A stretch of 64,000 nucleotides of DNA from Zootoca vivipara (Eukaryota), in contig NC_083276.1 in the NCBI RefSeq assembly GCF_963506605.1, positions 104,408,001 to 104,472,000 of the forward strand. The letters are read 5' to 3'. The notes under the pieces are model-generated. The model saw only the letters and a list, made by a program, of their open reading frames with translations, did not search any database and was not told the DNA's origin. The translations under genes were made by a program, and so were the position numbers. This document shows, one piece after another, positions 12,836 through 24,494 of this stretch (its first letter is position 1; each line of letters opens with the position of its first letter).

Positions 12836-14324
12836 TTTAAATATACAGTATTACAGTCATCCTCAGATATTGTCCGAAGGTGAGATACGCTGCAGAGGAA
12901 ATTCACAATATCTTTGACACTTTGCATCATGAGTTGAGATGCTGCTGGGTGCTGGGCAGCAGGAGAAATACTTAATGAACATCTCCACTCTAAGAGACCC
13001 CCAAGACAAGTCCCATATGATTTATCAAGATAGACAACAAACTTGCTTCTCCCTTAGAATTTAAACAGACTGGAATTAACCCCCCAATCATCTTCCACCA
13101 GTTGTACCACACCGGTTCCCAGTCTCATATGAAGAGTGGGTAGAAATTGTCCATATGAAAGGATAGTCTAATGATAACACTTGATGTCAAGGGGGGGGGT
13201 TATTGAGGGGGGGGGAAGAGAGAGAGCGCATATTTTGACTTCCAAGTCAGATGCAAACCATCACAAAGAGCTAAACTACACATGATTAGACCATGAATCT
13301 CCAGGCATCTATTTCTTCCCTCAAAAACAGCCATGGGAACAGGAAAGGCTAATTGGATTGAGATCATGGAAGAAAGGAGTTCAGCACATTTTTCACCATG
13401 CCACATCTCGAGTGAAATTTTAGGTGGCCAAAATGCACAAGAGGACAGGTGTGCAGAAGAGGAAACTGCACCAGGTGTTGCTTGCATGGCAAGCCATACC
13501 TGCTGAATCCCCTCCTTCTCCACACAACTATTCAAGGACTAGGAGCCCTGTCCTCATTTAGAGATCCAGCTTCCTTATTGAAATTGAACTGGGGAAGCAC
13601 CTGCCTTGAATGCACAATGAATCAGGTTCAATATTCCCCCAGGCCCCATCCAACATGCTCAGAAAGCCTTCCTATCTTTTTTAGGGGGTGGTGCAGGCAG
13701 CTGCAAAAAAAAAGTGGCGGGGCAGAAGTTTTTCTTCCTTGCACTCCTTTAGTTTAATTTATTTTAGGTTCCAAGTCACTGAAAATATTACATTACCCAT
13801 AAGTGTGACGGAAAACAAACAGAAATAATTTCATAAAATATTTTAACCATGAAGCTTTTCATACAAGCACTTCCAGAATGGAGGGTGAAATTAGTAGGCA
13901 GCATAGCGATTTTAAGAGAATGCAACTCTCCCCAAAATGCACCACTGTGTAACAAGTGAAGCTAAAAAAAAGTGGGAAATGAAGGGGCTTGTGCATTTCA
14001 TTATCCATTATGGAATCACCCTAAATTGACAGCCAAAATGATCAAGAATTCAAATATATCATAGAGAGTTAAAAGCAAGCTTCATTGGAGTCACAGGGAG
14101 CCAAATCAATAACTTATTTCAGTTTGCTTCTGGTTTAACAAACACACACAAAGTTAAATATTTGGGGCTGTTTAGTTTCAAAACAAGTTGAATAAGTGGA
14201 AACAGGACACAGGAGTATAAAATAATGCAGATAGAGAGAAAAAACTTGTATTTGTTCAGTTTCTCTCATTATACCAGAACTGGGGTAATCCAGTGAAGCT
14301 GTAGGAGTTTCAGGACAGAGTTTT

Positions 14325-14560
14325 AAAAAGTAGTTATTCACATCACACAATGAATCTATGGAACTTGCTACTGAGACATATGCCACCAACTTCAGTTGCT
14401 TTAAATAAATTCAAGGCTATAAATGGCTACTTATCAGGACCTGTTGCAAAGGAGCAAGAACAGGAGAGGGCTATTGCATTCTTGTCTTACTCACGGGCTT
14501 CCCATGGGCATTCGGTTGACTGCTATGGGAAACAAGGTGATCCAGCAGGGGTCTTCTTAG
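14325..14560 (+). mobile_element. Decayed CR1-type LINE 3' fragment
   Basis: GGCTATAAATGGCTAC...GGCTTCCCATGGGCATTCGGTTGACTGCTATGGGAAACAAG...TGATCCAGCAGGG; similar tails on the minus strand at ~49720 and ~55225. Confidence 0.55.
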
Positions 14561-14584
14561 GTCGACTGGAACTGAATGCAGATA

Positions 14585-14832
14585 AAATAAAAAAATTCCT
14601 TCAGTAGCACCTTAAAGACCAACTAAGTTTATATTTTGGTATGAGCTTCCATGTGCATGCACACTTCTTCAGATACACTAGAAACGGTTTCTAGTGTATC
14701 TGAAGAAGTGTGCATGCACACGAAAGCTCATACCAAAATATAAACTTAGTTGGTCTTTAAGGTGCTACTGAAGGAATTTTTTTATTTTGCTTCGACTCAG
14801 ACCAACACGGCTACCTACCTGTAACTAGAACT
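14585..14832 (+). mobile_element. Penelope-like retroelement insertion with inverted terminal segment
   Basis: 14-bp TSD ACTGAATGCAGATA (14571-14584, 14833-14846); arms 14584-14685 and 14687-14788 are inverted copies; tail GACCAACACGGCTACC as recalled for reptile Penelope elements. Confidence 0.88.
14696..14733 (+). ncRNA. Minimal type I hammerhead ribozyme motif (Penelope-associated)
   Basis: GUAU-CUGAAGA-A-GUGUG(CAUG)CACAC-GAAA-GC-UC-AUAC: stem I GUAU/AUAC, both catalytic boxes, stem II and loopless palindromic AGCU stem III; predicted cleavage after C14729. Confidence 0.8.
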
Positions 14833-16164
14833 ACTGAATGCAGATAGTCTCAAAATAGGGTGCAGTCCAGGAAACATAAGCATATACTTAACTTTCCAGC
14901 TGAAATCAATGGGAAGCAAACATGCTTAAACTTGTCTCCATTGCAACTCACGGAATGCAAATATTTTGAACACAAATTCTTATTGAATTACACAAAGCGA
15001 CCACTAGCACACAATATGGCTGTGACTTGTATTTGGCATATTGATGTCTTCTTACAAGCGGGTTTTTTTTTTTTTTTTTTGGTCCTCAATTTCAATCTGT
15101 TGTATTTCCCCCTTGAATTTGCTCTTTGACAACTATGGTACACTTCCCCCCCCCCATTATGCGTGTTTTTCTGTACAATAGAATGTTTAAAAAGCAAACA
15201 AGCCTTCTCTGTTCCTAAACCATTTTATCTGTGTAATCCTACCTACACAATTCCTGAAATGTAATTCTGCTTCTCTTCCCTCTCCCAGCTGGCTGAGATC
15301 CACAGGTTAAAGGCTTTACCTGCAGAAAACTCTTTCAAAACTTTTGTCCAAAGGATTACAGTTATCATTCTAAGGCAACCAAACATCCCTCCTTCTCTTA
15401 GGATTTGATTGCTCAAACATGCTCCTTTTTGTTCTAAAGATTTCATTAAATTCAAGGAATGGGTGTCAAGAGTGGACTGAGCTAAAATGCTTCATTTTGA
15501 AGCGTTATTCCAGAGGTTCTTACTGCTTACTCATTTAAAAGGTAAACTTTTCTTGCGTTGAGCCTTGTGTCAATCATCACTTTCTTACGGCCCCTAAGCT
15601 TCTCTTTTCTCCATTAGAAGCTGTTAGCATCTTCAAAGTCATATCAAAACACTGTTTGTTCTGCCCTTTGATTTCCCTCACACAGAAATTTCAAAGACGA
15701 CAGATCTATTTGAGAGAAGGGGGAAGGGTGTCTATTAGGTGGGCATTTGTCTCTGAGTGTTAAAGAACTTGGCAGAAGTAGCAATACTTCTCATAAAAGA
15801 AATTTGGATGCAAATTGTTTGTATCCTACCAGCCTTTCCAGACTATTTCTGTCACTTCATAAAATGCACCCACCTCGCAGTAGTTTGCCAGCCAGCAAAG
15901 CTCCCTTTAGAGAGGCAAATGGCGTTTGTTTATTTCTGATGCACTCGTTTTTTTATGCCTGGCATATTTCAAATGCTTCGAACAAGTAGGAAGGTTCTTT
16001 TAGATCAGGATTGCTCCTTGATGACCCCAGCGATGACTCACAATGACAAAAGTCTTACCTCAGAACAGAACTCTATGTTTTGCAACTATCATTAATTGAC
16101 TTGTAGCTTTTCCCTAACACCCCCCCCCCAAAAAAAATTCCCGCCTTGGACTTCTGTGTCATTC

Positions 16165-16175
<11 letters not shown>

Positions 16176-16218
<43 letters not shown>
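16176..16218. repeat. (TG)n microsatellite
   Basis: Perfect TG run preceded by (AT)n. Confidence 0.97.
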
Positions 16219-16221
<3 letters not shown>

Positions 16222-16669
16222 ATGCCTACTATCAAAAGATATAATCAGCCATATTATTTAAGGGAGAGCAAACCCACAGAATTATTATACGGTTATGGGT
16301 TTTTTTGAAGGAATGGAGCCAAATGATAATACTCTGGTGTGTGTGTTTCAATTCTGCATCAAAATAATTATTATAAAAGTGCTCCCTGGGGAAGCTGGAT
16401 CACAGTTTCCAAGCACTTTAATGGCATTACAATAAATAACAAATGGTATCTATTGCTGCTGAAGGAAGTACACCATACTGTGGGGAAGTGGCACAGTTGT
16501 GGTTTCACTGCAGAAGTTAAGAATCTCCTAATCACTTGGTCGAGGAGGAGAAAAACTGTCTAAGCATATCACAGAGTTTTCTCCCCAGTGCATCTCGGTA
16601 CATTTGTCAGGAATGCGTAGCACAGATCGTTGCAGAACCTCATAGTTGGAAAGGCACCAGATGCTAGGC

Positions 16670-16805
16670 CAGGCATCCCCAAACTGCGGCCCTCCAGATG
16701 TTTTGGCCTACAACTCCCATGTTCCCTAGCTAACAGGACCAGTGGTTGGGGAAGATGGGAATTGTAGTCCAAAACATCTGGAGGGCCAAAGTTTGGGGAT
16801 GCCTG
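16670..16805. mobile_element. URR1-like hAT MITE, 136 bp
   Basis: TIRs CAGGCATCCCCAAACT/AGTTTGGGGATGCCTG; 8-bp TSD TGCTAGGC; almost fully palindromic. Confidence 0.93.
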
Positions 16806-17937
16806 TGCTAGGCAATGCATTGCAAAGAGGTCCTCGTCTCAGTCATTGCCCCTCTGCATTTTGCTCAAACTGGAGATCATCAGTTATAGGTAATCCTATG
16901 ATCCTTAGAATGTTTCCCCCTGGCGATTGCAGCTTCCCTGCATATTTTCTCAATGGGCTTCAGTCTTCATGTTCTGACAAGTCGCTATTGCTGCTCCACT
17001 CATGTTTCTAAATTGACCACAGGCCAACAGTACATCACCCCACTCTCAAATCTCCCTTTTCTTGCTACTGGAATATCATGCTTGGCCCAACCTCATCTCC
17101 CCATTGAGTTGAGACATCCACCCCTCCTTAGTGCACAAGAGGTGCACATGGAGAAAAATGGCTCTGTGAAACCCTCTTCTATCAACTGCCAACCAACTAA
17201 GCAACCAAATGTCCTGCCAGAGACAAAACACTGCTATAGGTAAGATTCATAATAATGATTGTCTAAGTCATTAAAGGACAGCGCAGCTTGCAACATTGCA
17301 GAGGACTGGATTTGGTGATCCTGAAAGACTCTTCTGGTTTCTCTATTGTCTTCTCTCATGCCGTCTTCAGTTCACTTGTTTCTTTTACACAATTTACTTT
17401 CACTAAATGGCCAGGGGGAGATTGCTAGATACCTTTCAAAGTCAATATATCCTCTACACCTAATTGCCGCCTCTTGACACCATGAAAGACCTGTAATGCG
17501 CAATTATGTGCTGATGAAAGTCTCTTCTAAATAGTACCTAGTGGGAGTATTGTTGAAATATGGAATTTCATTTTCCGAAAGCAGTAAATCAGCAAGGCCT
17601 GCTATTTGGTTAGATTTGCCCAACTTCCTGTATCACAGCAGGCTTAATTTAATTAATTCTAACCTATCCTTATCATTTGTGGAGGTAGCGCTAATTGCAA
17701 CGACACCACAGCAATTTATGGCTGATTATCCTATGGCCCCCAAAATGCCCTTACACGTTCCCCTAATATTTAAACTAGCATTTCACTGCTGCAGCTTAAT
17801 CTCAGTCTCATTAACCTGCACAAGAACAGGACGGGGGGCACCCTGATATAATAACCACCCTACTGAAACATTTCTTTAAGTATTTATAGGCAGAAATCAT
17901 ATCTTCCTTCAGATCTTGTTTAACAAACTTGCAGCCA

Positions 17938-18035
17938 GAAGAAGTGTGCATGCACACGAAAGCTCATACCTATGACAAACTTAGTTGGTCTCTAAGGTGC
18001 TACTGGAAGGATTTTTTATATTTTTTGTTTCGACT
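17938..18035 (+). mobile_element. Penelope-like fragment; hammerhead lacking the 5' CU of CUGA
   Basis: GAAGAAGTGTGCATGCACACGAAAGCTCATACC...CTTAGTTGGTCTCTAAGGTGCTACTGGAAGG...TTCGACT aligns to 14702-14797. Confidence 0.88.
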
Positions 18036-19524
18036 TCATTCTTTTGTAATTTGTGCAGGTATTGTGCTCTTAAGTCATCTCCACTGCGTTTCTCCACCCC
18101 CCCAACCCCCCCAAAACCCTTGCAAAATATTCTCCCCTCCCACAAGCTGTCCTTTGAACTTTCCCCGGTTTGTCTACACTGCATTAAAAAATGTGTCACC
18201 ACCCTTGTGCATATTTGATATGTGCATGGCACATTACTTCAAAACCATACCCTCAGGTATTATGCTGCTGTATCTGATCTTCTAGAGGGTACATGTGTGA
18301 TTGTTTATTGCTTTCAGTCTTCATCCGACCGCACTTTTCACTGGCTATTGTTTTCTGCTTCCCTAACACCCTCAGCAATTTTATTAAGGGCTTATTTACA
18401 GGAGTATTGACAAATGCATAATGGCGTGAATTGAAGTGGATCCAAAGTTTATTTCTTTCTATTTTATTTGACCTTGTTAAAGTGAGGCAACAATTATTCT
18501 CTCTCAAATACCTATATGTGAACGCTTTCCCTTTTTGCATTTATATGTTAATAACTCAGAATTATATGGTCCTTATTTAGCTCTTTACATGGATAAAGCA
18601 ATTCTCAGCACTTTTAAATAATTCATTGAAGGCTTTGCTGCAGGGCTGCTGTGTTCTGAAAATTATACAAATTATATGATTGAAAGGAATGATGCAGGAG
18701 TTTACCAACTTCTTTTTAGAAAGGAAATTGATACGCACGTCATGTTGCATAAAGGTTGGATTAGAGTAGGAACAACATTTTATTGAATAAGTTGTTAAAT
18801 CAGGAAAAGAGGGGGGGGGATGCAGCATTTGCTTTTGTTTCGGATGCAAATTCTCTTCAAGCCCAACAGTAAAAAGTATTGGGTGTTGTTGCTATTGTTT
18901 TCCTTTTCCTGAACTGTAAAACTTAAAGAATCCCAGTTTTGCAACCAGAAAATAAAACATATTGTGGGTTTGGTTTGCAGGCATTCTCCCACCTTTCTCA
19001 CTTTCCTGCTTCCAAAATCAGTTACACGCAGGTCTACACTATCAAAACGCCCGCTATCCAAAATTTCAGTTAACAAAACGCAAAGAATTACACCCAAACC
19101 TTGCTACGTGAACAGCTGATTCAGATGTCTGAAATTTGCCCACTTCCTTACTTGTTTGTGTTTTGCTGGCAACCATTTCTGGTGGAAAGCATGAGGGGGG
19201 GGGGAAGGGAAGAGAATAGACAAATCACAAATTAGAAGTGTTCCCATATGAAACAATGGAAACCACCAGCTTGTTATGTGAACGCTCGTCTAACAAACAA
19301 TTTCCTGGGAAAGCCTTGTGTTTGGAACAGAGGCGCCAACTTGTGCCCAAGTTTGAGGGGCATGGTGTGTGATGTCACCACCCTCCCCGACCCGACCCTC
19401 TCACCACCCCAGTATGTGGCAGCTACACTGCAGTCAGGAAGGCAGCGGCATACTAGCCTACCACCTGCATATTTTAGCCTCTGTATTACTGTTCATTCAA
19501 GTTTAGTTTGTGGTCCACTAAAAC

Positions 19525-19700
19525 ACCCAGTTCCTTGTAAGTACAGCGTTCTTTCTAAATGCTCAAAGACAAATTGCTCAACGATCTCTTCCTGAACCTT
19601 TCCAGGTAGCCACTTCAATTTGATCAATTGGGTCTTCTTCCCTTCCCTGTCTTTGAAGATCAGGAAGACATTTGCCCCCTTCCAATTTCTTGGATAGGAA
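19525..19700 (-). mobile_element. CR1 LINE ORF2 (pre-RT/RT start) relic
   Basis: Translation PRNWKGANVFLIFK...LPGKVQEEIVEQFVFEHLE resembles CR1 PEDWKxANVxPIFKKG...PGKIMEQII..HLE. Confidence 0.7.
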
Positions 19701-21942
19701 ACCACAAGGCTGGGGGGCAGCCCCTATCCAAACTAGCTCTTGGTGGCTGGAAACTCAAAGCAAAGCTGAAGCATTTCCCCCCCCCCAAAAAAATGGCTCA
19801 ACCCATTTGCTAGTGCAGTTTGTGCAGCGGCAGCTAAAACCAATTTATTAGGCTGGTCTGCCAGACAGCAATAAAACATAAATACATATATATATATATT
19901 TAAGTCTGGAGCTCATAGAGAGATGAAACTATTTTACATGATTTTTAATTAGTCTAAGATATATTAAGGCTGCTTTATTCAATTGGATTTTCTGATCTTG
20001 TTTAACAAACTTGCAGCCAGGATTTAGCCAATGTGAAGCATTCTCAAGTCCCATTTATTTCGATGGGAGAGATCCGATTGCATGCATAAGCCTCCCATTG
20101 AAGTCAAATTGGCTAAAAAGTACTTAACTTCAGATGAAATGTGCCCATTAGGATTAAGTTCCTTTAAAGGAAATGGTCATTTTAAAAGAGAGAGAGAGAG
20201 AGAGAGAAAAGTATATCACCTAATTAAACTTGACAGCTTATTCACAATGGGTTCTTGCCTGGTGGCAGCTTGGACATGTTACATTTAAGAAGACAGCATA
20301 ATAAAGCCTATAACAAGCTGAATTAGACAGTGGAGTTTTGTTTCCTGCTTGGTGTGTTCCTTTCATTGTTTGAGATTGCCAGGCTTTGCCCTTGGTTAAG
20401 ACACAATATAGCGGAGTGTATCACATTGAGGAGCATGAAAGCGCAGAGTATTTTGAAAGATTGTTTGGCTCCATCCCCATCTGTCTTTGTTTGCTGTAGC
20501 GGAGATTCCCACCCCTGAACCTCCCTTATTACTTCAACACAAAGCACACAGTCCCTACCTACTTGAGGGCATACATATATAAAATGGAAGGTGCCACCAC
20601 CTACCTTACAGGCAGATTCATGAAGAAGGTGGTGATCTCTTAGGTACCTGGTCCCCAAGTCACATAGGAATTTAAAGCCAGGTGTGTGGCAGGTAGAAAT
20701 TTGGCTCAGCTGGAAGGGGGTTTGCAGTCATCACCAATCAATTGATTGGTTCTGCTCCCCATGAAAAACCCTGTGCTCAGGGCTTCAAAAGACACAATGA
20801 TCAGCTTATTGTCAGGTGTTGAAAAGCCCCTTTGCAAAGCCCTCTGCATTACTAGGCTGGATGGTTGGTTGGGTCTTGTGAAGCACATTAAAGGGAGGCT
20901 TTGCAGTGCCAATAATCAGCTGGTCACCATGTCTCCTGGAAAATCTTGCAAGGGGATTTGCAAGACCGTTGGCACTTCACAGGCCATGCTTTTGCCCATT
21001 TGGTTTGACTTCAAAGCACTCAAACAAACAAAGAATTGCCTGGTGTCATTGTAGACCACAGGCAGTGAGGGAGAAAACAATCTGCACCACCAGTCTGACC
21101 CAGTTCCCCACCCATTTATGCATTGGTGAGATGCGTTCTCAACTCCTGGTCCCAGTTAGCACAAAATCAGCCATATTTTGCACTACGGGCAGTTCCAAGT
21201 GTTTCCCCCCCTAAAGAGACTTGTTACAGAACAACCCCAGGCAGAACATTAGAATTCCTACCAAATCCCAAATTCCAAAATTTCATTGAATATTCCTCTC
21301 CAAATTCAGCACAGCTCTCCTTGGTGAGGGTCAAACGCAACTCTCGCTCTTTATGAAGCATTACCATGGAAACGGGGAGGCTCACACAAAGCTAATACTA
21401 TCCTGTCATTTTTATTCTTTTTAACCACCTACTGTGGGCTTCATCCCCCCTGCCTGACTTCCTCATTGGTCTTTCGTGGTCTTATTTTTGTAAGTAAAGA
21501 TTACCATTATCTTCCTAATGTTGAGTGTTCTACTTGTAGATTGTACTTCCATTCCCATGGGCAACCTACATACTCCTTCAGGCCCCAATCAGGTTTTCTA
21601 ATCAATTAAGCAAATTAATCCGTTTCTCAAATTATGATTAGTCTGCAATAATTATTATAAATCCATGATTGGAAGAAAGCTCTCAAACAAAGTGTTGTTT
21701 TTTTAAAAAAGAAACTCTTAAAGGCTAACATGATCAAGAGGAGTTGGAAAACAAATGGGGAGACTGTGAGTGAGTGGAGGTTCCAGTCTAGCACCTATGA
21801 CTCTTTGGGGGAAGTGGGGACTTTTTAAATTCTACATACATACTTGTTTATGCCATCTATGTATTAAAATTAAGTCTTCTTTTTTTAAAAAAAGCACAGT
21901 ATTTATCATGTTTGCCATGGCCATCCAAACTCTCTTTACAAA

Positions 21943-23009
21943 ACGCGTTCTCCAATCTGGGAGAGCGCGAGTTGCGGAAGGGTTAATGAGACATCCCCTG
22001 GGTTAGGGCAGGGTAAGCTAGATAGTCTCTGGGGTTTGGGGCATTCTTGTTGCTGGGGTAAAAAGCATGTAGCGAGTTTTGATTGACAGGCTTGGCCAGT
22101 AAAAAACCCCGGCATGCAGCTTACGGTTTCACTTTTGCAAAGTGCTTCGGGTCTCCCGCCCACCCACCCACCCTCTTTACAGGTCGTTAGCTATTGACCT
22201 TGCTGTGCCCGTCATGGGGTCGCCTGCTTTGGCGCAGGGGCCCGGTAGGAATTTTGTCCATTTGGCTGATTGGCTGTGGCCATCTGGTTTTTGCCTACTG
22301 CATAGCATATCGTCACAACTTGTTAGGTTGGCGTTTGGGCATTGGTTAAAAAATTTGGTTGGTGTAGGGGTATGGATACTTTGGCCACCTCATGAGAAGA
22401 GAAGACTCCTTGGAAAAGACCCTGATGTTGGGAAAGATGGAGGGCACAAGGAGAAGGGGACGACAGAGGATGAGATGGTTGGACAGTGTTCTCGGAGCTA
22501 TGAACATGAGTTTGACCAAACTGCGGGAGGCAGTGGAAGACAGGAGTGCCTGGCGTGCTCTGGTCCATGGGGTCACGAAGAGTCGGACACGACTAAATGA
22601 CTAAACAGCAACAACCCCTCAAACAAATGATGCTGCTTATAGAGTTATTCCGTTAAAGGAATCCTGGGGCTCGACGGGCTCTCGTCTTTACCCCCGCAAG
22701 GGGCTAGGGCCTTATAAGAGCAAGAGCCTCGGGGAGCATTTTGGGGAGGGGAGAGTGCCTGACTCACAGCTACATCCTCTCCCTCGGGGTGTTTACCTAC
22801 TGACTTCCCTAGATGGCTAGCAGACGTCAGTGCGGATCTGTCCCAGGGCAGGGGACAGATGGATTTACTAATGCCTAAGCCAACACTCACATTTGGTTGT
22901 ATTTAAATAAAGTTGTGGCCAAAGTAATGCCAAAAACCTTAAAACTTAAATATTGTGTGTGGTGTGAGTTATTGGGGGGGGGGGGTGTCCCGGGACCTTG
23001 ACACACAAA
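21943..23009 (+). mobile_element. Inserted ~1.07-kb element, tentatively DIRS/Ngaro-like terminal region
   Basis: Interrupts CR1 precisely with ACAAA at both junctions; CpG-richer than flanks; several hairpins; AATAAAGTTGTGGCC near the end; family name from recalled similarity only. Confidence 0.55.
22376..22615 (+). mobile_element. Bov-B (RTE) LINE 3' end
   Basis: Translates YFGHLMRREDSLEKTLMLGKMEGTRRRGRQRMRWLD...WRALVHGVTKSRTRLND; (CAA)n tail. Confidence 0.96.
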
Positions 23010-24037
23010 CCTCCAAGGAAGGAGAGTCCACCACCTTCGGAGGCAGTCTGTTCCACTGTCAAACAGCTCTTACCATCAGAAAGCTCTTCCTAGTGTTTAG
23101 TCAGACTCTCCCTTCTTGTATTTGAATTCATTGGTTTGGGTTCTACTCTCTGGAACAGCAGAAAACAAGCTTGCAGAGTCTTCTATGCGACACCCATTCG
23201 GTTATTTGGAGATTATTGCAAACCTGCAAATCATCAATAGATAGGATTGTGGTCCTCGTTCCATTTTGAGGACCCACCATAACTAATGCACATGGTGAGA
23301 TAATCTAGACTTGGTGCTGTTTAGGGTTAGGGGAAGTGATGCCTAAAAACAGCACAAAGCAGCGATGGGATTATAATGCAGAATCCATAATGGAGGTGAA
23401 CACCAGAAGACACGAGCAATGAATCCCTATTTAATCTTGCTGAATGACAAAAGGGAGGCAGTTGCCGTTTTTAAATGTAAAGCAGTGGTGGAAAAGGCTG
23501 CTCTATTTGCTGGAAAATAGACATGATAAAACACTTTTATCTAGTGAACCTGTTTTGTAATGTCTTAGTGCAACACTCAATAATGGATTGTAATCTAATT
23601 TATATTGCACTATTGGGAAGCCCTTCTAAGACAGCTGTCTTCAAGAGTGTTCTAATGACATTGCTATTATTGACCTTATCATCAAATTTACATGCCACAA
23701 CACTGGGGAAGTTCTTAAAATTCATTTTATCAGAGTTATGCAAATAGCAGATAACTTCTCTTTCTGTTGAAGATTTTATTGGTCTTCCCCAATGGGCTGA
23801 AGCCCTTTAATAAAAAACAAAAGTCCCCTCAAAAAGCCACAAGATCAGATTGATAGTTTTGCCAATTTCCAAAATGAGCTTCATTGCTTTGTGGGAGGGG
23901 GAAAGAGCGGGGATAATTATTTATTAAGATGTCAGAAGAGCAAGGGGATTTTGTCACACTTTGGGAAGACTGAAATAACCCATCCGGCAGGTAGTAAACA
24001 GGCCATGTTGCATGCCAGTTATTTCATCCAACTATCG

Positions 24038-24174
24038 CAGGCACCCCCCAAACTTCGGCCCTCTAGATGTTTTGGACTACAATTCCCATTATCCCTGAAC
24101 ACTGGTTCTCTTAGCTAGGGATCATGGGAGTTGTAGGCCAAAACATCTGGAGGGCCGCAGTCTGGGGATACCTG
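24038..24174. mobile_element. URR1-like hAT MITE
   Basis: Same family as 16670 in opposite orientation; TSD AACTATCG/ACCTATCG. Confidence 0.9.
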
Positions 24175-24195
24175 ACCTATCGTGTGAACATATGA

Positions 24196-24329
24196 CAGGC
24201 TTCCTCAAAATCGGCCCTCCAGATTTTTGGCCTACAACTCCCATGATCCCTAGCTAGCAGGACCAGTGGTCACGGATGATGGGAATTGTAGTCTCAAGAC
24301 ATCTAGAGGGCCAAGTTTGAGGAAGCCTG
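24196..24329. mobile_element. URR1-like hAT MITE
   Basis: TIRs CAGGCTTCCTCAAA/TTTGAGGAAGCCTG; perfect TSD ACATATGA. Confidence 0.93.
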
Positions 24330-24339
24330 ACATATGAAC

Positions 24340-24477
24340 TAGGCTTTTCCCTCAAGAGGGACCTTTCAGGTCATGCTAATTACAACTCTCATCATCCCTA
24401 GCTTGCAGGACCAGTGGTCAGGGATGATGGGAATCGTAGTCCAAAAACACCTGGAGACCCGAGGTTGGGAAAACCTG
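24340..24477. mobile_element. URR1-like hAT MITE with degenerate left half
   Basis: TACAACTCTCATCATCCCT...AGGGATGATGGGAATCGTAG core; right end GGGAAAACCTG; no clean TSD. Confidence 0.75.
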
Positions 24478-24494
24478 TGCTAGGTCATGGCAGT

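Larger units (their letters stand above)
21917..23215 (-). mobile_element. CR1 3' fragment split in two (21917-21942 and 23010-23215)
   Basis: Joining ATGGCCATCCAAACTCTCTTTACAAA to CCTCCAAGGAAGGAGAGTCCACCACC restores colinearity with the uninterrupted CR1 at 52786-52840. Confidence 0.8.

Noticed and set aside
15270-15310. Polypyrimidine-CAG acceptor followed by a 17-nt micro-exon
   Set aside because: Donor GTTAAA is weak and there is no other support
17510-17565. Other CTGATGA matches (also near 9196, 29293, 48103 and 55211) as hammerheads
   Set aside because: No convincing stem II followed by GAAA and NUH
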